From positions 32,001 to 96,000 of the forward strand of contig CAXXGO010000007.1 in the NCBI GenBank assembly GCA_963666835.2: 64,000 nt of DNA. The letters are read 5' to 3'. Origin of the DNA: Phycisphaerae bacterium. Lineage in GTDB: Bacteria; Planctomycetota; Phycisphaerae; UBA1845. Position 1 is the stretch's first letter. Each line of letters opens with the position of its first letter. Positions 40,187 through 50,846 of this stretch are shown piece by piece. Position numbers and translations under genes: made by a program. Under the pieces are notes generated by a model. It ran no database searches, was not told the DNA's origin, and saw nothing but the letters and a program-made list of their open reading frames with translations.

Positions 40187-40649
40187 GCGCCATTGAGCCG
40201 CGCAAAACAGCGATCGCATGAACGTGCCGGGGAGGTGTTCGTCTCCCACCCGCTTCGGGACGGAGAACACGTTCGATGTCTCTGCTATCCACGAGTCGCG
40301 CTGCGCTCCACTCGTGGCTACGTGCCTGCGCCCCTATCGGGGCGAAGAAGACATTTGATGTGCCTGCTACCGAGGCCCTGGGTCGAAGAGAACCGGCGTC
40401 GGCGTACCCAGGGTAGCAGCTGCGCGGCGACTCTGGGCTGTAGGCGCAACGCCGGCGTTGGCCGGGCAAGGTGGAGGCCTACGCTACGGTTGTCGGGCGA
40501 AAGGCCTTCGGCGTTTGCGGCGGATCTGACTGGCACTAATCTGTGAGCTGCCAACTGGGCTGAAGGGCGAGGCGTCTTCGGCGTTGCGGGCGGGCAGGGT
40601 AGAGGCCTGCGATACTGTTGCCGGGCGCAACGCCGGTGTTGCGGGGCGG

Positions 40650-41750
40650 TCAGACCGGGGAGAACTCGAGCCGTTCGGCCGGGGCGGGACGGGTTGAGCC
40701 GAGGGCGTCGGTGCGGGCGAGGGAACGGGCGGTTGGGGCGTCGCTCTTGAAGTTGACGGCCCGGGCGCAGATGTACAACGGGCGGTGCTTTGTCTCGGTG
40801 TACGTCTGGCCGATATACTCACCGAGCACGGCCAGAACGGCAAACTCCATCGCGTGCAGAGCGAGCATAGCCACGACCAGCGAGGCCCAGCCGCTTACGA
40901 CGAATCCGAAGGCCAAGTAGCGATAGACGATAAAGCCGACCCCGATCAGGCACATCGCAATCGTCATGCCGGAGAAGATAGCCGCCACCCGCAACGGGGC
41001 CGTAGAAAACGCCGTCAGTCCGGTCAATCCGAGCGTAACGAGGTGCGTAATGGAATATTTGGTCTCGCCATGCCGGCGGGGGTCCATTTCGACCTCGATC
41101 TCAGCACTTCGAAACCCGGTCCACGGAATCAGGTAGGCCATATACCGGTTTCGTTCCGGCAGTTCCCGGAGCGACTCGGCCACCTTCGCGCTGAACAGGC
41201 GCAAGCACGCCCGCTCGGGCGGTACATCGAGCTTGGCCAGACGGTTCAGGAAGCGGAGATAGGCATTACTCAGCACGGCGCGCAGGCGGCTCTGCCGTCT
41301 TTGGCGACGACGGGCATAGACGACATCGAAGCCCTCGCGGTGTTTGTCGATCAGGCGGGGAATGTCTTCCGGGCGTTCCTGTAGATCGGCGTCCATCCAA
41401 ACGACCATTTGCCCGCGGGCGGAGTCAATCCCGGCCGTGGCGGCGATGTGCTGTCCGAAGTTCCGGCTCAGCACGAGCACTTTGATCCGTTCATCCCGAC
41501 CGGCCGCTTCTTCCAGATAGGCAACCCCGTCGTCCGTGCTGCCGTCATCGATGAACAGCAACTCATAGGACAAACCGGTGGGATCCAGCGTCCCGCGAAG
41601 CCGTTCCAGCAGCTCGGGCAGGCATTCCCGCTCGTTGCAGAACGGCAGGATCACGCTCAGCTCGCACTGCGGGTCCATGGTGTTTCGCGTGGGTTCATCC
41701 GGCCGGGTGTTTCGGTTGGTCATAACGGTTGCCGACAGTTCGAAATCCAT
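40650..41750 (-). CDS. GT2 glycosyltransferase (ArnC/GtrB-like; start uncertain)
   Basis: LSVILPFCNE, IDDGSTD, SRNFGQ, MDADLQ, two C-terminal TM segments. Confidence 0.9.
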   Translation of the reverse strand: MDFELSATVMTNRNTRPDEPTRNTMDPQCELSVILPFCNERECLPELLERLRGTLDPTGLSYELLFIDDGSTDDGVAYLEEAAGRDERIKVLVLSRNFGQHIAATAGIDSARGQMVVWMDADLQERPEDIPRLIDKHREGFDVVYARRRQRRQSRLRAVLSNAYLRFLNRLAKLDVPPERACLRLFSAKVAESLRELPERNRYMAYLIPWTGFRSAEIEVEMDPRRHGETKYSITHLVTLGLTGLTAFSTAPLRVAAIFSGMTIAMCLIGVGFIVYRYLAFGFVVSGWASLVVAMLALHAMEFAVLAVLGEYIGQTYTETKHRPLYICARAVNFKSDAPTARSLARTDALGSTRPAPAERLEFSPV

Positions 41751-41787
41751 TCCGTCATTCGCCTCGGGGGCCGACCCGTCAGATCGG

Positions 41788-42816
41788 TCAATGCAAAACC
41801 ACGTGTCCGTCGGTCATGGCGATCGGCACGTGTTTCATCCACTCCTGCTTACGCCACCAGGCTTCGTGACGGTGATACCAATCGATGGTGCGGGCCAGAC
41901 CCGTTCGCAAGTCGGTCTTGGCGCGCCAGCCGAGCAGCCGTTCGGCCCGGTCGGTCGAGCTGATATGCAGGTCGACCTGTCCGGGGCGGTTGGCGATATA
42001 CTCGACGCGCGACTCTGTACCGCCCATCAACTCGCTGATTTCCTGGAACACGGTAAGGATGTCGGCGGCGACGCCGGTGCCCAGGTTGATCACTTCGCCG
42101 AGCAGATCATCGAGCGGTACCTCGAGCGCGGCCAGCAGGGCTTCGCAGGTATCAGAAACATAGCACCAATCGCGAGCCGCGGAGCCATCGCCGTGGATCG
42201 TGATAGGTTCGCCGTCGAGGGCGCTGGTCACGAATCGCGGGATGCACTTTTCGAGATGCTGATACGGGCCGTACTGATTGAACGGCCGGATGATAATCGC
42301 CGGGATGTCGTACGTCCGCCAATACGAATACACCAGGCGGTCCGCCCCGCATTTGGCGGCGGCATACGGGGTCAGCGGCATCAGCGGATGGTCTTCGGTC
42401 ATGGGCTCGGATAGCGCGGTGCCGTACACTTCCGAGGTGGAAATGTGGATGAACCGCTTGATCCGCCGCCGGTGACGAAGAACCTGGTCCGCGATGACGC
42501 GCGTGCCGATCACATCCGTTTCGAAGAAAACAACATTGTCGTATATGCTGCGGGCTACGTGCGACTCGGCTGCGAAATGGACGACGGTGTCCACCTTGTC
42601 CATCAGATCACCGACCAGGCTGGCGTTGCAGACGTTGCCATACCAGAAGTTGAAGCGAGGGTCTTCCCGAACGTGCGACGGGAGGTTATCAGGGTTGCCC
42701 GCGTACGTTAGCGCGTCCAGGACGTGTACGTCCACATGGGGGTGCCGCTTCATGAACGCGCGTACGAAGTTGGACCCGATGAACCCGGCCCCACCTGTTA
42801 TCAGAATCGATTCCAT
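41788..42816 (-). CDS. dTDP-glucose 4,6-dehydratase-like SDR
   Basis: TGGAGFIGSNF, DALTYAGN, HFAAESHV, STSEVYG, YAAAK. Confidence 0.88.
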   Translation of the reverse strand: MESILITGGAGFIGSNFVRAFMKRHPHVDVHVLDALTYAGNPDNLPSHVREDPRFNFWYGNVCNASLVGDLMDKVDTVVHFAAESHVARSIYDNVVFFETDVIGTRVIADQVLRHRRRIKRFIHISTSEVYGTALSEPMTEDHPLMPLTPYAAAKCGADRLVYSYWRTYDIPAIIIRPFNQYGPYQHLEKCIPRFVTSALDGEPITIHGDGSAARDWCYVSDTCEALLAALEVPLDDLLGEVINLGTGVAADILTVFQEISELMGGTESRVEYIANRPGQVDLHISSTDRAERLLGWRAKTDLRTGLARTIDWYHRHEAWWRKQEWMKHVPIAMTDGHVVLH

Positions 42817-43116
42817 TAGCCGCCTCGCGTAGCGAAGTTGTTGGTTTACGAACGCATCTCGTCACCCGCTCGGTAACGGGGGCTCGGCGCGTAGCTGCGC
42901 TGCCGGGGTTATCGGCCGATAGGGTAGTCGCCTGAACTTACGGGATTGTGCGTAACGCGCCGGCGCCGGGCGCCCCGGCCGGGGATGCGCAATTAAAGCC
43001 CCGCGCGCAACCGGACGAAGCGACTATCGGACTATAGTTGGACTCGGGGTAGTGGTGCGCGGATCGGTCAGCGACCCGGGTACGGGTACTCTGAGCGTTC
43101 GCCGGAGCAACCTTAG

Positions 43117-44502
43117 ATGCCGTCGTTTCTTGTGGAACGCCTACCGCTGACCCCGACCGACCGTCGGGGGCGGATCGAGCTGCATCACGTAGTGATCGCG
43201 GTCGTGATTGTGGTCACTGTAGCGATGTATGCGCACATGATCTTGCGGTACGGGCAGGCGGTCGCCGTGGCCGACGGACACATGTACTACGCCCACGCTC
43301 ATTCGTGGTATTTCGACGGCGACTGCGATTACGCGAACAACCTCGAAAGCAATATCGAGCTTGAAGCCCGAAGTTTCTACATGCGGGAGCGATCGGGCTC
43401 CGGGCGGGTGCTCAACATGTTCCCGTGCGGCTGGTCGGTGTTGGCGATGCCGTTCGTAGCGCTGGCTGATGTTCTGACCATCTTGCACAACGCCGTTTTC
43501 GCCACGGACTTCGCCCGCGACGGCTACACGATCTACTATCGGGTCGTGGTACCTATCGGCCATGTGCTGGTCGGGCTGGCCGGGCTGCTGGCGGCGTACG
43601 CGCTGGTCAGTCGGTACTTTTCCAAGACGACGGCTGCCGTTGCAATGGCACTGACGTGGCTGGGAACGAATGTCGGCTACTTCATCGGGGTCGAGCCGAC
43701 CATGAGCCATGCGGCCAGCTTGGGCTTTGTCAGCCTGATGATCTTCACCGCCGAGGGTATCCACCGCGCAGGCTGGTCGCTCGGGCGAGCGCTGGGGTTG
43801 GGGGTATGCTGCGGAATGATGATGGCGATGCGGCACCAGAACATCGCCTGGATGTTCGTTCCGGCGGTCCTGCTGGGAATCCCCCTGATACGGGCGCTGT
43901 TTCGGCGGGAGCCGGGGTCCTGGCGACAGCTTGGGGCGACCGTTATCGCCGCCCTGACCGCGTGCGTATGCCTGCTCCCGCAGGTCGCGGTCAATCAGGC
44001 GACTTTCGGCAGCGTATTCAGCGGAATGACCAAGTACACTCCGTTCTGGTTCAATCCCGAGCCGTATCGCGACCTGTTTGAGTTTCCCACCGGCTTGGTC
44101 GTGCTCTATCCGTTGGCGGGACTCAGTTTGATCGGGCTGGTCGGCCTGGTTTGGCGTTGCCGTCGAAACCCGCTCATCCGGGCGGTCGCTGTCGGGTTCA
44201 TGGCCTTCGCGTATATCAGCTTCTGTGCCCACTCGGGCACGTCGCGTAAGTACGCCTGCTGTGCGGTGGTGTTCATTTTCGGGCTGGCGGCCGTGTTGCA
44301 CTGGGCTCGGACCGCGCGGTGGCGTGGGGTCTTGGTGGGGGCAACGGTAAGCGCGCTGTGCGTGAAGAACGTCATGATGATCTTCCTGGCCGACCGCGGC
44401 TTCGTCAGCCGGTACATCTTCACCGCCGCCCCGCACGACCCACCGGAGATGATGCACGGACTCGCCCGCTACGTCGCCCAGTTCATCTCGAGCCTTACTT
44501 AG
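43117..44502 (+). CDS. Polytopic membrane protein, probable GT-C glycosyltransferase
   Basis: DGHMYYA...DGDCD loop after TM1; more than 10 TM segments; inside a GT cluster. Confidence 0.65.
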   Translation: MPSFLVERLPLTPTDRRGRIELHHVVIAVVIVVTVAMYAHMILRYGQAVAVADGHMYYAHAHSWYFDGDCDYANNLESNIELEARSFYMRERSGSGRVLNMFPCGWSVLAMPFVALADVLTILHNAVFATDFARDGYTIYYRVVVPIGHVLVGLAGLLAAYALVSRYFSKTTAAVAMALTWLGTNVGYFIGVEPTMSHAASLGFVSLMIFTAEGIHRAGWSLGRALGLGVCCGMMMAMRHQNIAWMFVPAVLLGIPLIRALFRREPGSWRQLGATVIAALTACVCLLPQVAVNQATFGSVFSGMTKYTPFWFNPEPYRDLFEFPTGLVVLYPLAGLSLIGLVGLVWRCRRNPLIRAVAVGFMAFAYISFCAHSGTSRKYACCAVVFIFGLAAVLHWARTARWRGVLVGATVSALCVKNVMMIFLADRGFVSRYIFTAAPHDPPEMMHGLARYVAQFISSLT

Positions 44503-44564
44503 GCGGTGAACAGTCGATATGCCCCCGCCCCGCTGATTGGCGCGAGATGACACCACGCGGCATC

Positions 44565-45569
44565 TCAGCGGAGTCGGACGCGTTGCGGGCGGTCGCGCCC
44601 GCACCACAGACCAATGCCCTGTACGACGTATCCGGCCAACCGGGCGTGGTAGTAGGCCAACAAGACCGGAAAAGTAATCAAGACCTCTCCCACCGTCTTG
44701 CGCTTGCGGAGAAACTCGTTGTAGAGAATCGCCGCCAGGAAGAAGCCGGCACTCAACGCCGAAATCGCCCACCCGAACGGATGCCAGATACCCGGCACAA
44801 GCGCGATATATGCCAACAGCAACGGGGTCAATTCGATTCGCGGTCGAAGGCCGTATTTGTAGCCTAACCGCGCCGCGGACCGGCCGCCGCGATACGCCTG
44901 CCTGAAGAACGTCCGCCCCGTATAGTGGTGTTCGTGATAGACGATCGCGTCCGGAACGACGTGTTGCTCGTGCCCGGCCGCCCGCAGCATAAGGAACAAC
45001 CCCTCTTCATCCCCCCGCCCGGATACGTTCTGGTCGGCGCTGGGAGCGGCGCGGTCTTCGTCGAGCGTATGTTTCAACAGGAGTTCACGGCGGACGCACA
45101 TGTTGCCGGCAACGAGCCGCGTCGCGTGGGTCCGACCATGGACACGGTGGCTGCCCTTGAACGTCAGCTCGAAGATGTTCTTCGGCGGCGGATCATCCAC
45201 GCGCCCGGTAACCGCGGCGACCCGCGGCGAGACAAAGCCGGCCAGCAGGCGTTCCAGCCATTCGGGCTCGGCAATGCAGTCGTTATCGAGAAAAGCCACA
45301 AACGCGCCGCGGCTTGTGTGGATACCTCGGTTTCGGCTCGGATTCGCACCCAAATGGACGTCGTTGCGCAGCCAGCGAAAGTCGAGCCCGGGATGGTTCT
45401 CGGCGAAATCGGCCAGAAACTGCGGGCTGTCATCGGTGGAGCAGTCGTCCACCACGATAACCTCGAACGAAGGGTGAGTCTGGCGGGCCAGCGCTTCCAG
45501 GCAGCGGCTCAGTATCTCGCGCCGATTGCGATTGGGGACGATTACGGAAACCTGGGGCTGTTCCGGCAT
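44565..45569 (-). CDS. GT2 glycosyltransferase
   Basis: VSVIVPN, VDDCSTD, RNRG, FLDND. Confidence 0.9.
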   Translation of the reverse strand: MPEQPQVSVIVPNRNRREILSRCLEALARQTHPSFEVIVVDDCSTDDSPQFLADFAENHPGLDFRWLRNDVHLGANPSRNRGIHTSRGAFVAFLDNDCIAEPEWLERLLAGFVSPRVAAVTGRVDDPPPKNIFELTFKGSHRVHGRTHATRLVAGNMCVRRELLLKHTLDEDRAAPSADQNVSGRGDEEGLFLMLRAAGHEQHVVPDAIVYHEHHYTGRTFFRQAYRGGRSAARLGYKYGLRPRIELTPLLLAYIALVPGIWHPFGWAISALSAGFFLAAILYNEFLRKRKTVGEVLITFPVLLAYYHARLAGYVVQGIGLWCGRDRPQRVRLR

Positions 45570-45581
45570 CAGAGCGTGGCC

Positions 45582-46856
45582 TCATTCTTGCGGGCCGACC
45601 GAAGGACCGGCGGCGGTTTCATCCGACCCGGCCGCCCTTCGCGAGCGGCACACGGTAAACAACCCGAGTGCCACAAACACGACACTATGAACGATTAGCA
45701 GCACGCGGATGATCGCAGCAGGCGAGTCGTGCCATCGGTATAGAGCTGCCGCCTGGATTAACAGCCCCGGGACGTAAACATACAGGAACGCGAACCGGTT
45801 TGTTGCCGCCCCGGCTAAGGCGATCATGTGCGAGAGGTATCCGATCAGGCGAACCCCGGCCAGGCCGAAAAGCAGGGTGGAACCCGCGGCGTATTCCTCG
45901 TCAAAAAGAACCACCATGATCCGCTGTGGCCAAAGCAGAAAGAGCAGCATCGGCCCGGCCGCGAGCAGTAGGAAGTACGCGCATATTCGCGCGAAGGTCC
46001 CGAACAGAACCTGCCCCTTAGCATGCATCGTGGTCAGCAGGGGGAGCATCAGCGTAGTGAACGGGGTGACGAGCGTTCCCAACGCCCGCGCCAGGACGAA
46101 GGCCGCCCCGTATACCCCGGCGTGCTCGGGAAGAAAGTAGTGTTTGACACAGAGCATATCGATGTTCTGATACGCAGCCGAGGTAAACATCAGAATGAAC
46201 ATCGGGCCCGTGAACCGACGAATCGCGCTGCCGTCCAGCGGTATGGCCTCGTGCCCGCGCCAGGTCCGGCGCAATTGGACTGTGGCGACTCCGAGCGTTA
46301 CGAGCAGACCGGCTAAGTAGGCGGTCAGCCCGGAAGTGGCCCCCCAGATAACTCGCAGAAGAACGACACCCACCACCAGCCGAACGGCGCTTTCGGTGAT
46401 AATGTTGACGTTGTACTGCCCGAAATCCTGGGTTCCCCGCAGCACCCCGCGGGCAACGGCGACCAGCAGAGTCAGATAGACCATGCCGAACGCAACGACC
46501 AAAGGCCAGACACTGTCGAACTGCAGAAAGGTCGCCACCGGTTTGACCAGCACCGCCCCGCCGGCCAATCCCAGCAGCCCATAGACGCCCACCCGGCGAG
46601 CCACTTCTCGCGCCAGGGTGCGGATCTTCCCGGGCTGCCCTGCTCCGATGTACTCGGCGCTGAACCGGGCAACCGTACCGTTGATAGGGCCCAGTGCTAC
46701 CTGGCACCAGAAGACCAGTGACACTACGGTGGCAAAGACTGAGTACTCGGCGCTGCCTAACTCGCGACCGGCGTAGACCGAATACGCCAAGCCCAGCACG
46801 GCCGTAACGCCGGTACCGAAGATTAGTATCGCGCTATTTCTGGTCTCGGCTCGCAT
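45582..46856 (-). CDS. Wzx-like oligosaccharide flippase
   Basis: About 12 TM segments; NIDML...AGVYGAA pattern; GT context. Confidence 0.8.
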   Translation of the reverse strand: MRAETRNSAILIFGTGVTAVLGLAYSVYAGRELGSAEYSVFATVVSLVFWCQVALGPINGTVARFSAEYIGAGQPGKIRTLAREVARRVGVYGLLGLAGGAVLVKPVATFLQFDSVWPLVVAFGMVYLTLLVAVARGVLRGTQDFGQYNVNIITESAVRLVVGVVLLRVIWGATSGLTAYLAGLLVTLGVATVQLRRTWRGHEAIPLDGSAIRRFTGPMFILMFTSAAYQNIDMLCVKHYFLPEHAGVYGAAFVLARALGTLVTPFTTLMLPLLTTMHAKGQVLFGTFARICAYFLLLAAGPMLLFLLWPQRIMVVLFDEEYAAGSTLLFGLAGVRLIGYLSHMIALAGAATNRFAFLYVYVPGLLIQAAALYRWHDSPAAIIRVLLIVHSVVFVALGLFTVCRSRRAAGSDETAAGPSVGPQE

Positions 46857-47880
46857 CCGCTTTTTTGCCAACCTGCCCGGTTGAGCGGGCGGAACCACTT
46901 CCACCGCCCCGCCGCCCGGTAATAAGGAACATCAACACCGCAGCGGTCATGCCCGCCCCACGCCAAAACGCCCGGACCACACTCATAATCGCAAAACCCG
47001 CGTAGGCCGGACGACGCGTCCGCCGCACGATCTTCCAGGTCATCGGCATCTGGAAAACCAGAAGCAATAACAACATGATGGCCGGCAGCCACCACGTCGC
47101 CGGCCACAACAATAGCGGAAGCGCCGCCAGCGTCAGCATGGCCAGCGGAGGTTGCAGGTGATCGGTCAAACCGCTGTAGGAATCTCCGGCCGCATGACCT
47201 CGGTGCTTCAGGTATAACCAGACCCGCCAGTAGCCCTGTTGGCTTTGCGTTTGCAGATAGGCCGGCCAGGACACGGGATGGTAGTGCTTCACGCGCGAGC
47301 CGATGTCGAAAGCCAGTTCGTGCCCGGCTTCCAGCACCCGCCAAGACAGTTCGGCGTCCTGCCCCTTAAGGAAGCGCTCGTCGAAGCCCCCCACCTCTTC
47401 CAAGGCGGATCTACGATAGACTACGTTGAAGGTGGCCAGGAAGTTCACCCGTGAGCCCATGCTCTGGTGACGTTGCACAATCTCTTCGTGAATCAGGCAA
47501 GCCAGCAACGAGTGCCCGGTCATTATGCCGTAGCTGCCGCCCACCCCGGCGACCTTCGGGTCATCCAGGTGAGGCAGCAACCGGGACAGGGCGTCCGGCT
47601 CCGCTACGCAGTCCGAGTCTACGAACCACACCAGCGGCGTGCGGGCCGCGCGCCAGCCGAGGTTCCGCGCAGCTCCGGCGCCTCGACCTTCGCCCCGGAT
47701 GTACGTGATCGGAAACTCGCGGGCGACTTGCGGGGTGTCGTCGGTCGAACCGTCATCGACGAAGATGATCTCGCGCAAACGGAAATCACTGAGCATCGGC
47801 ACCACGGCTGCCAGGCACTCGCGCAGGGTAGCCGCACAGTTGCGACCGGGGATAACCAGACTGACGCCGTCGATGCTCAT
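46834..47880 (-). CDS. GT2 glycosyltransferase
   Basis: VSLVIPGRN, VDDGSTD, ARNLG, FVDSDC, GGFDERF. Confidence 0.9.
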   Translation of the reverse strand: MSIDGVSLVIPGRNCAATLRECLAAVVPMLSDFRLREIIFVDDGSTDDTPQVAREFPITYIRGEGRGAGAARNLGWRAARTPLVWFVDSDCVAEPDALSRLLPHLDDPKVAGVGGSYGIMTGHSLLACLIHEEIVQRHQSMGSRVNFLATFNVVYRRSALEEVGGFDERFLKGQDAELSWRVLEAGHELAFDIGSRVKHYHPVSWPAYLQTQSQQGYWRVWLYLKHRGHAAGDSYSGLTDHLQPPLAMLTLAALPLLLWPATWWLPAIMLLLLLVFQMPMTWKIVRRTRRPAYAGFAIMSVVRAFWRGAGMTAAVLMFLITGRRGGGSGSARSTGQVGKKADASRDQK

Positions 47881-48005
47881 ATCGCCTGGAGTGTAGCTGA
47901 GCCGGTCCGAAAGCCCAACTCGGCGAGGAAGAAGGGTGACTTTCCAGGAAGAGAACGCCACGATGATCTTCCAGCCATCCGAAGAACCGTTCTTTTTCCG
48001 GCCTA

Positions 48006-49682
48006 CTACCGGGCTGTGGCGCGTCTCATCTCAGGCCAGCTTGTCTGGGCGTAGGAGCGTATTAGCAGGATGAACGCGATGAGTACAAGAGGGATCCCGA
48101 CCCACACGGTGACCGGGTGGATCAGCAACATCACATAGTGGATCAGGGCCATCGTAGCGGGTACGAGAAAGAGCAGAATCGATCTGCCCAATTGCCCGGT
48201 CTGTTCGGACGCGACGAACTCCTCGGAGAACGGGAAGTACCTTCCGAAAACAAGCGCCTGGAGGACGATCCCCAAGAGAGCGGCGCAGGCGGCCAGGATT
48301 ATGTCATCCAGCACGCCAACACCCCACACCGCGAACGTAAGAACCGCTACCACGAAGAAAACAGGCAACGCAAAGCGGACGACCGCCACCTTGAAGGCTG
48401 CGACCAGCACGTCGCCCGGTCGCGCGATCGGCAGAGCAAAGTAGACCCATGCGGCCTCGAGTTGGGTAGTGAAACGAAGTTGGATGATGGTAATCGGTGC
48501 CATCATGCAGACAATATACAGCGCGAAGAGATACACTTTGCTCTCCCGGAGAGTGCCGAGTACATCGGTCGCGCCGCTGGCCGTATTGAAGACCATCACT
48601 CCGCCCATGATCAGGCTGAACGCCACCGTCGGGTAGGTTCTCTGTTTGAATGACCGGTCTCTTCCGGTCAACTGCCAGCACAACTCGAAAGCGGCCCGCT
48701 CAGTTGCAGACGCGGTCAGAACACGCGCGATTCTGCTCCCGATGGCCGGCCGATTGGGCCGATCGGTTGTACTCTTCTTTGCTGTCGGTCCATCGTGGAG
48801 CTTACTGAGTGCTCGGCTGAAACCCGGAGCCAACGGGCCGGCGACGACGATCAGGCATACCGCCGGAACGACAAACGCCAGGACCGAAAGCACTATCTGG
48901 ACGACGCCGACATGGCCGGTCAGCAGATCGATCGGGGCGGCAAACCACGCCGGCGGGAAGTAGTAGATCCACCACCGGTCGTCGATGGTAAGCGTCTTGA
49001 GGCTGGTGAGGCTCATTAGGCGCGGCATTACCTGGTAGCCACCGAGCATGACCAGCGTCATCCCGATTTGACAATAGAGAATGAGGTCGCGGAACCGCTC
49101 GGTGTCGGTCAGCCGCATGGCCACCAGGTAGGCCACCTGTGCCAGAAAAACGACCATGACAACCGAGCAAACCAACGTGGCCAGGAACACAACCGAGAAC
49201 AAAGGGTGATAGGCGAAGCTGCCGGCGATCATCGAGCCCGCAGAGAGGCTCAGGGCCAGCAGCGACAGGTAGGCGCTGATGTGGGCAATCCGGGCCGCCA
49301 GGAGGGTCCGGCCCGACACCGGCCGCGGGTGGAGAATCGCGACATCCGTCGTGTCCAAGAGAACGGCCGACAGATCGGCCACGAGAGACATACCCACCAT
49401 CGTCATCACGAACGCGTGGATGATCGTGACTCCGGCCAGCGCCGACGGAATCTGGAACATCATCGTGCTCATGAACAGGCCCATGAAGGTGTAGAAGCAC
49501 AGAGTCCAGAAGAACGTGTTTCGGGGTTTCTTCTGGCCTTCGTTTCGCATTGCGCTCATGTGCCGCCGGTTGTCCATCACCAGCCGGACTCCCAGAATGG
49601 CCCGGAACTGGTCATAGTCGACCCCGAACCTGCGAATCAGCCGCGCGAACAGATCGAAGCACCTCAAGATGAGTCTAACCAT
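48006..49682 (-). CDS. ABC transporter permease (large membrane subunit)
   Basis: Many TM segments; overlaps the end of the ABC ATPase gene. Confidence 0.78.
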   Translation of the reverse strand: MVRLILRCFDLFARLIRRFGVDYDQFRAILGVRLVMDNRRHMSAMRNEGQKKPRNTFFWTLCFYTFMGLFMSTMMFQIPSALAGVTIIHAFVMTMVGMSLVADLSAVLLDTTDVAILHPRPVSGRTLLAARIAHISAYLSLLALSLSAGSMIAGSFAYHPLFSVVFLATLVCSVVMVVFLAQVAYLVAMRLTDTERFRDLILYCQIGMTLVMLGGYQVMPRLMSLTSLKTLTIDDRWWIYYFPPAWFAAPIDLLTGHVGVVQIVLSVLAFVVPAVCLIVVAGPLAPGFSRALSKLHDGPTAKKSTTDRPNRPAIGSRIARVLTASATERAAFELCWQLTGRDRSFKQRTYPTVAFSLIMGGVMVFNTASGATDVLGTLRESKVYLFALYIVCMMAPITIIQLRFTTQLEAAWVYFALPIARPGDVLVAAFKVAVVRFALPVFFVVAVLTFAVWGVGVLDDIILAACAALLGIVLQALVFGRYFPFSEEFVASEQTGQLGRSILLFLVPATMALIHYVMLLIHPVTVWVGIPLVLIAFILLIRSYAQTSWPEMRRATAR

Positions 49683-50481
49683 CGCTATGCTCACCGCCTT
49701 CGATGGCTCGAATGAACCGGTTGGCCACGACGGCGTGCCCGCCTTCGCTGGTGAGCTGAGCGAATATTCGCTCGAGCGACGCCTCCTTGCTTCTGCCTTG
49801 CAACTCCTCGAACGAGCCGTCCGCCAGAATAGTGCCGTCTGAAACGATGATAATGCGGTCACAGATACGCTCGACCACGTCCATCACGTGCGAGCAATAG
49901 AAGATGGTTTTCCCCTTCGCCGCAAGCTGACCGATGATCTCCTTGACGGTCAGGGCGGAATTGGCGTCGAGGCCGGATAGTGGCTCGTCTAAAAAGAGCA
50001 CATCCGGGTTGTGAATCATCCCGGCCACGATTAAGACCTTCTGCCGCATACCCTTGGAGAAGGTGGACAGACGATCATCAATACGCTCAGTCAGCTCGAA
50101 CAACGACAGCATCTCCCTGGACCGCTGTTCAATCTCGTCCGTCTCGAGGCCGTACAGACGTCCGACAAACCGAAGGTACTCCAAGGGCGTAAGTGAATCG
50201 TAGAGCGCGGCGGATTCCGGGACGTAGCCGATCCGCCGTTTAACGGCCAGGGGCTCGGTGGCCACGTCGTGTCCACACACTGAAGCCTGCCCGCCGAACC
50301 CGTCGAGCATTCCGATGAGGATCTTCACCGTGGTCGATTTGCCCGCGCCGTTGGGGCCGATGTAGCCGAGGACCTTGCCAGGTGCTACGTCAAGATCGAT
50401 CCCGCGCAGCACAATTATCTCGCCGAACGACTTGGTCAACCCGCGCAGGCTTATGGCCGGCTCTGAAGGTGTATTGCCCAT
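49675..50481 (-). CDS. ABC transporter ATP-binding protein (start uncertain)
   Basis: GPNGAGKST, FSKGM, LDEP, SH. Confidence 0.93.
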   Translation of the reverse strand: MGNTPSEPAISLRGLTKSFGEIIVLRGIDLDVAPGKVLGYIGPNGAGKSTTVKILIGMLDGFGGQASVCGHDVATEPLAVKRRIGYVPESAALYDSLTPLEYLRFVGRLYGLETDEIEQRSREMLSLFELTERIDDRLSTFSKGMRQKVLIVAGMIHNPDVLFLDEPLSGLDANSALTVKEIIGQLAAKGKTIFYCSHVMDVVERICDRIIIVSDGTILADGSFEELQGRSKEASLERIFAQLTSEGGHAVVANRFIRAIEGGEHSDG

Positions 50482-50846
50482 GCTTATCATCATATTGGTC
50501 CTCAACGCTGTTCGCCAAGCGGCTGCGTCAGTCTGCCGGCCATTATGCCCCGAATTGCCGTGCCGGCAGATTAGAAACCGCCCGAGTGTTTGGAATGACC
50601 GAGGCTGAGCGGCCGGTCCTTCGCAACGAGCGGGTAGGGTACGCTCCGCTCAATGGCAGTATTCTCGTTAGGCGGCCATGCGGTATCCCGTCCCGGAGGG
50701 CCGGCGGAAGACCATTGGTCCGCACAGCGGAACCTTCTCTGCTTTCGCACGGGCAGCATCGGCCGAACACCCATGGGGCAACGGGTGGCTCTGCCCGGCT
50801 TGACAACCGGACGGTCAATCGCAACCCTTAGCGCAGGAGATTAGAA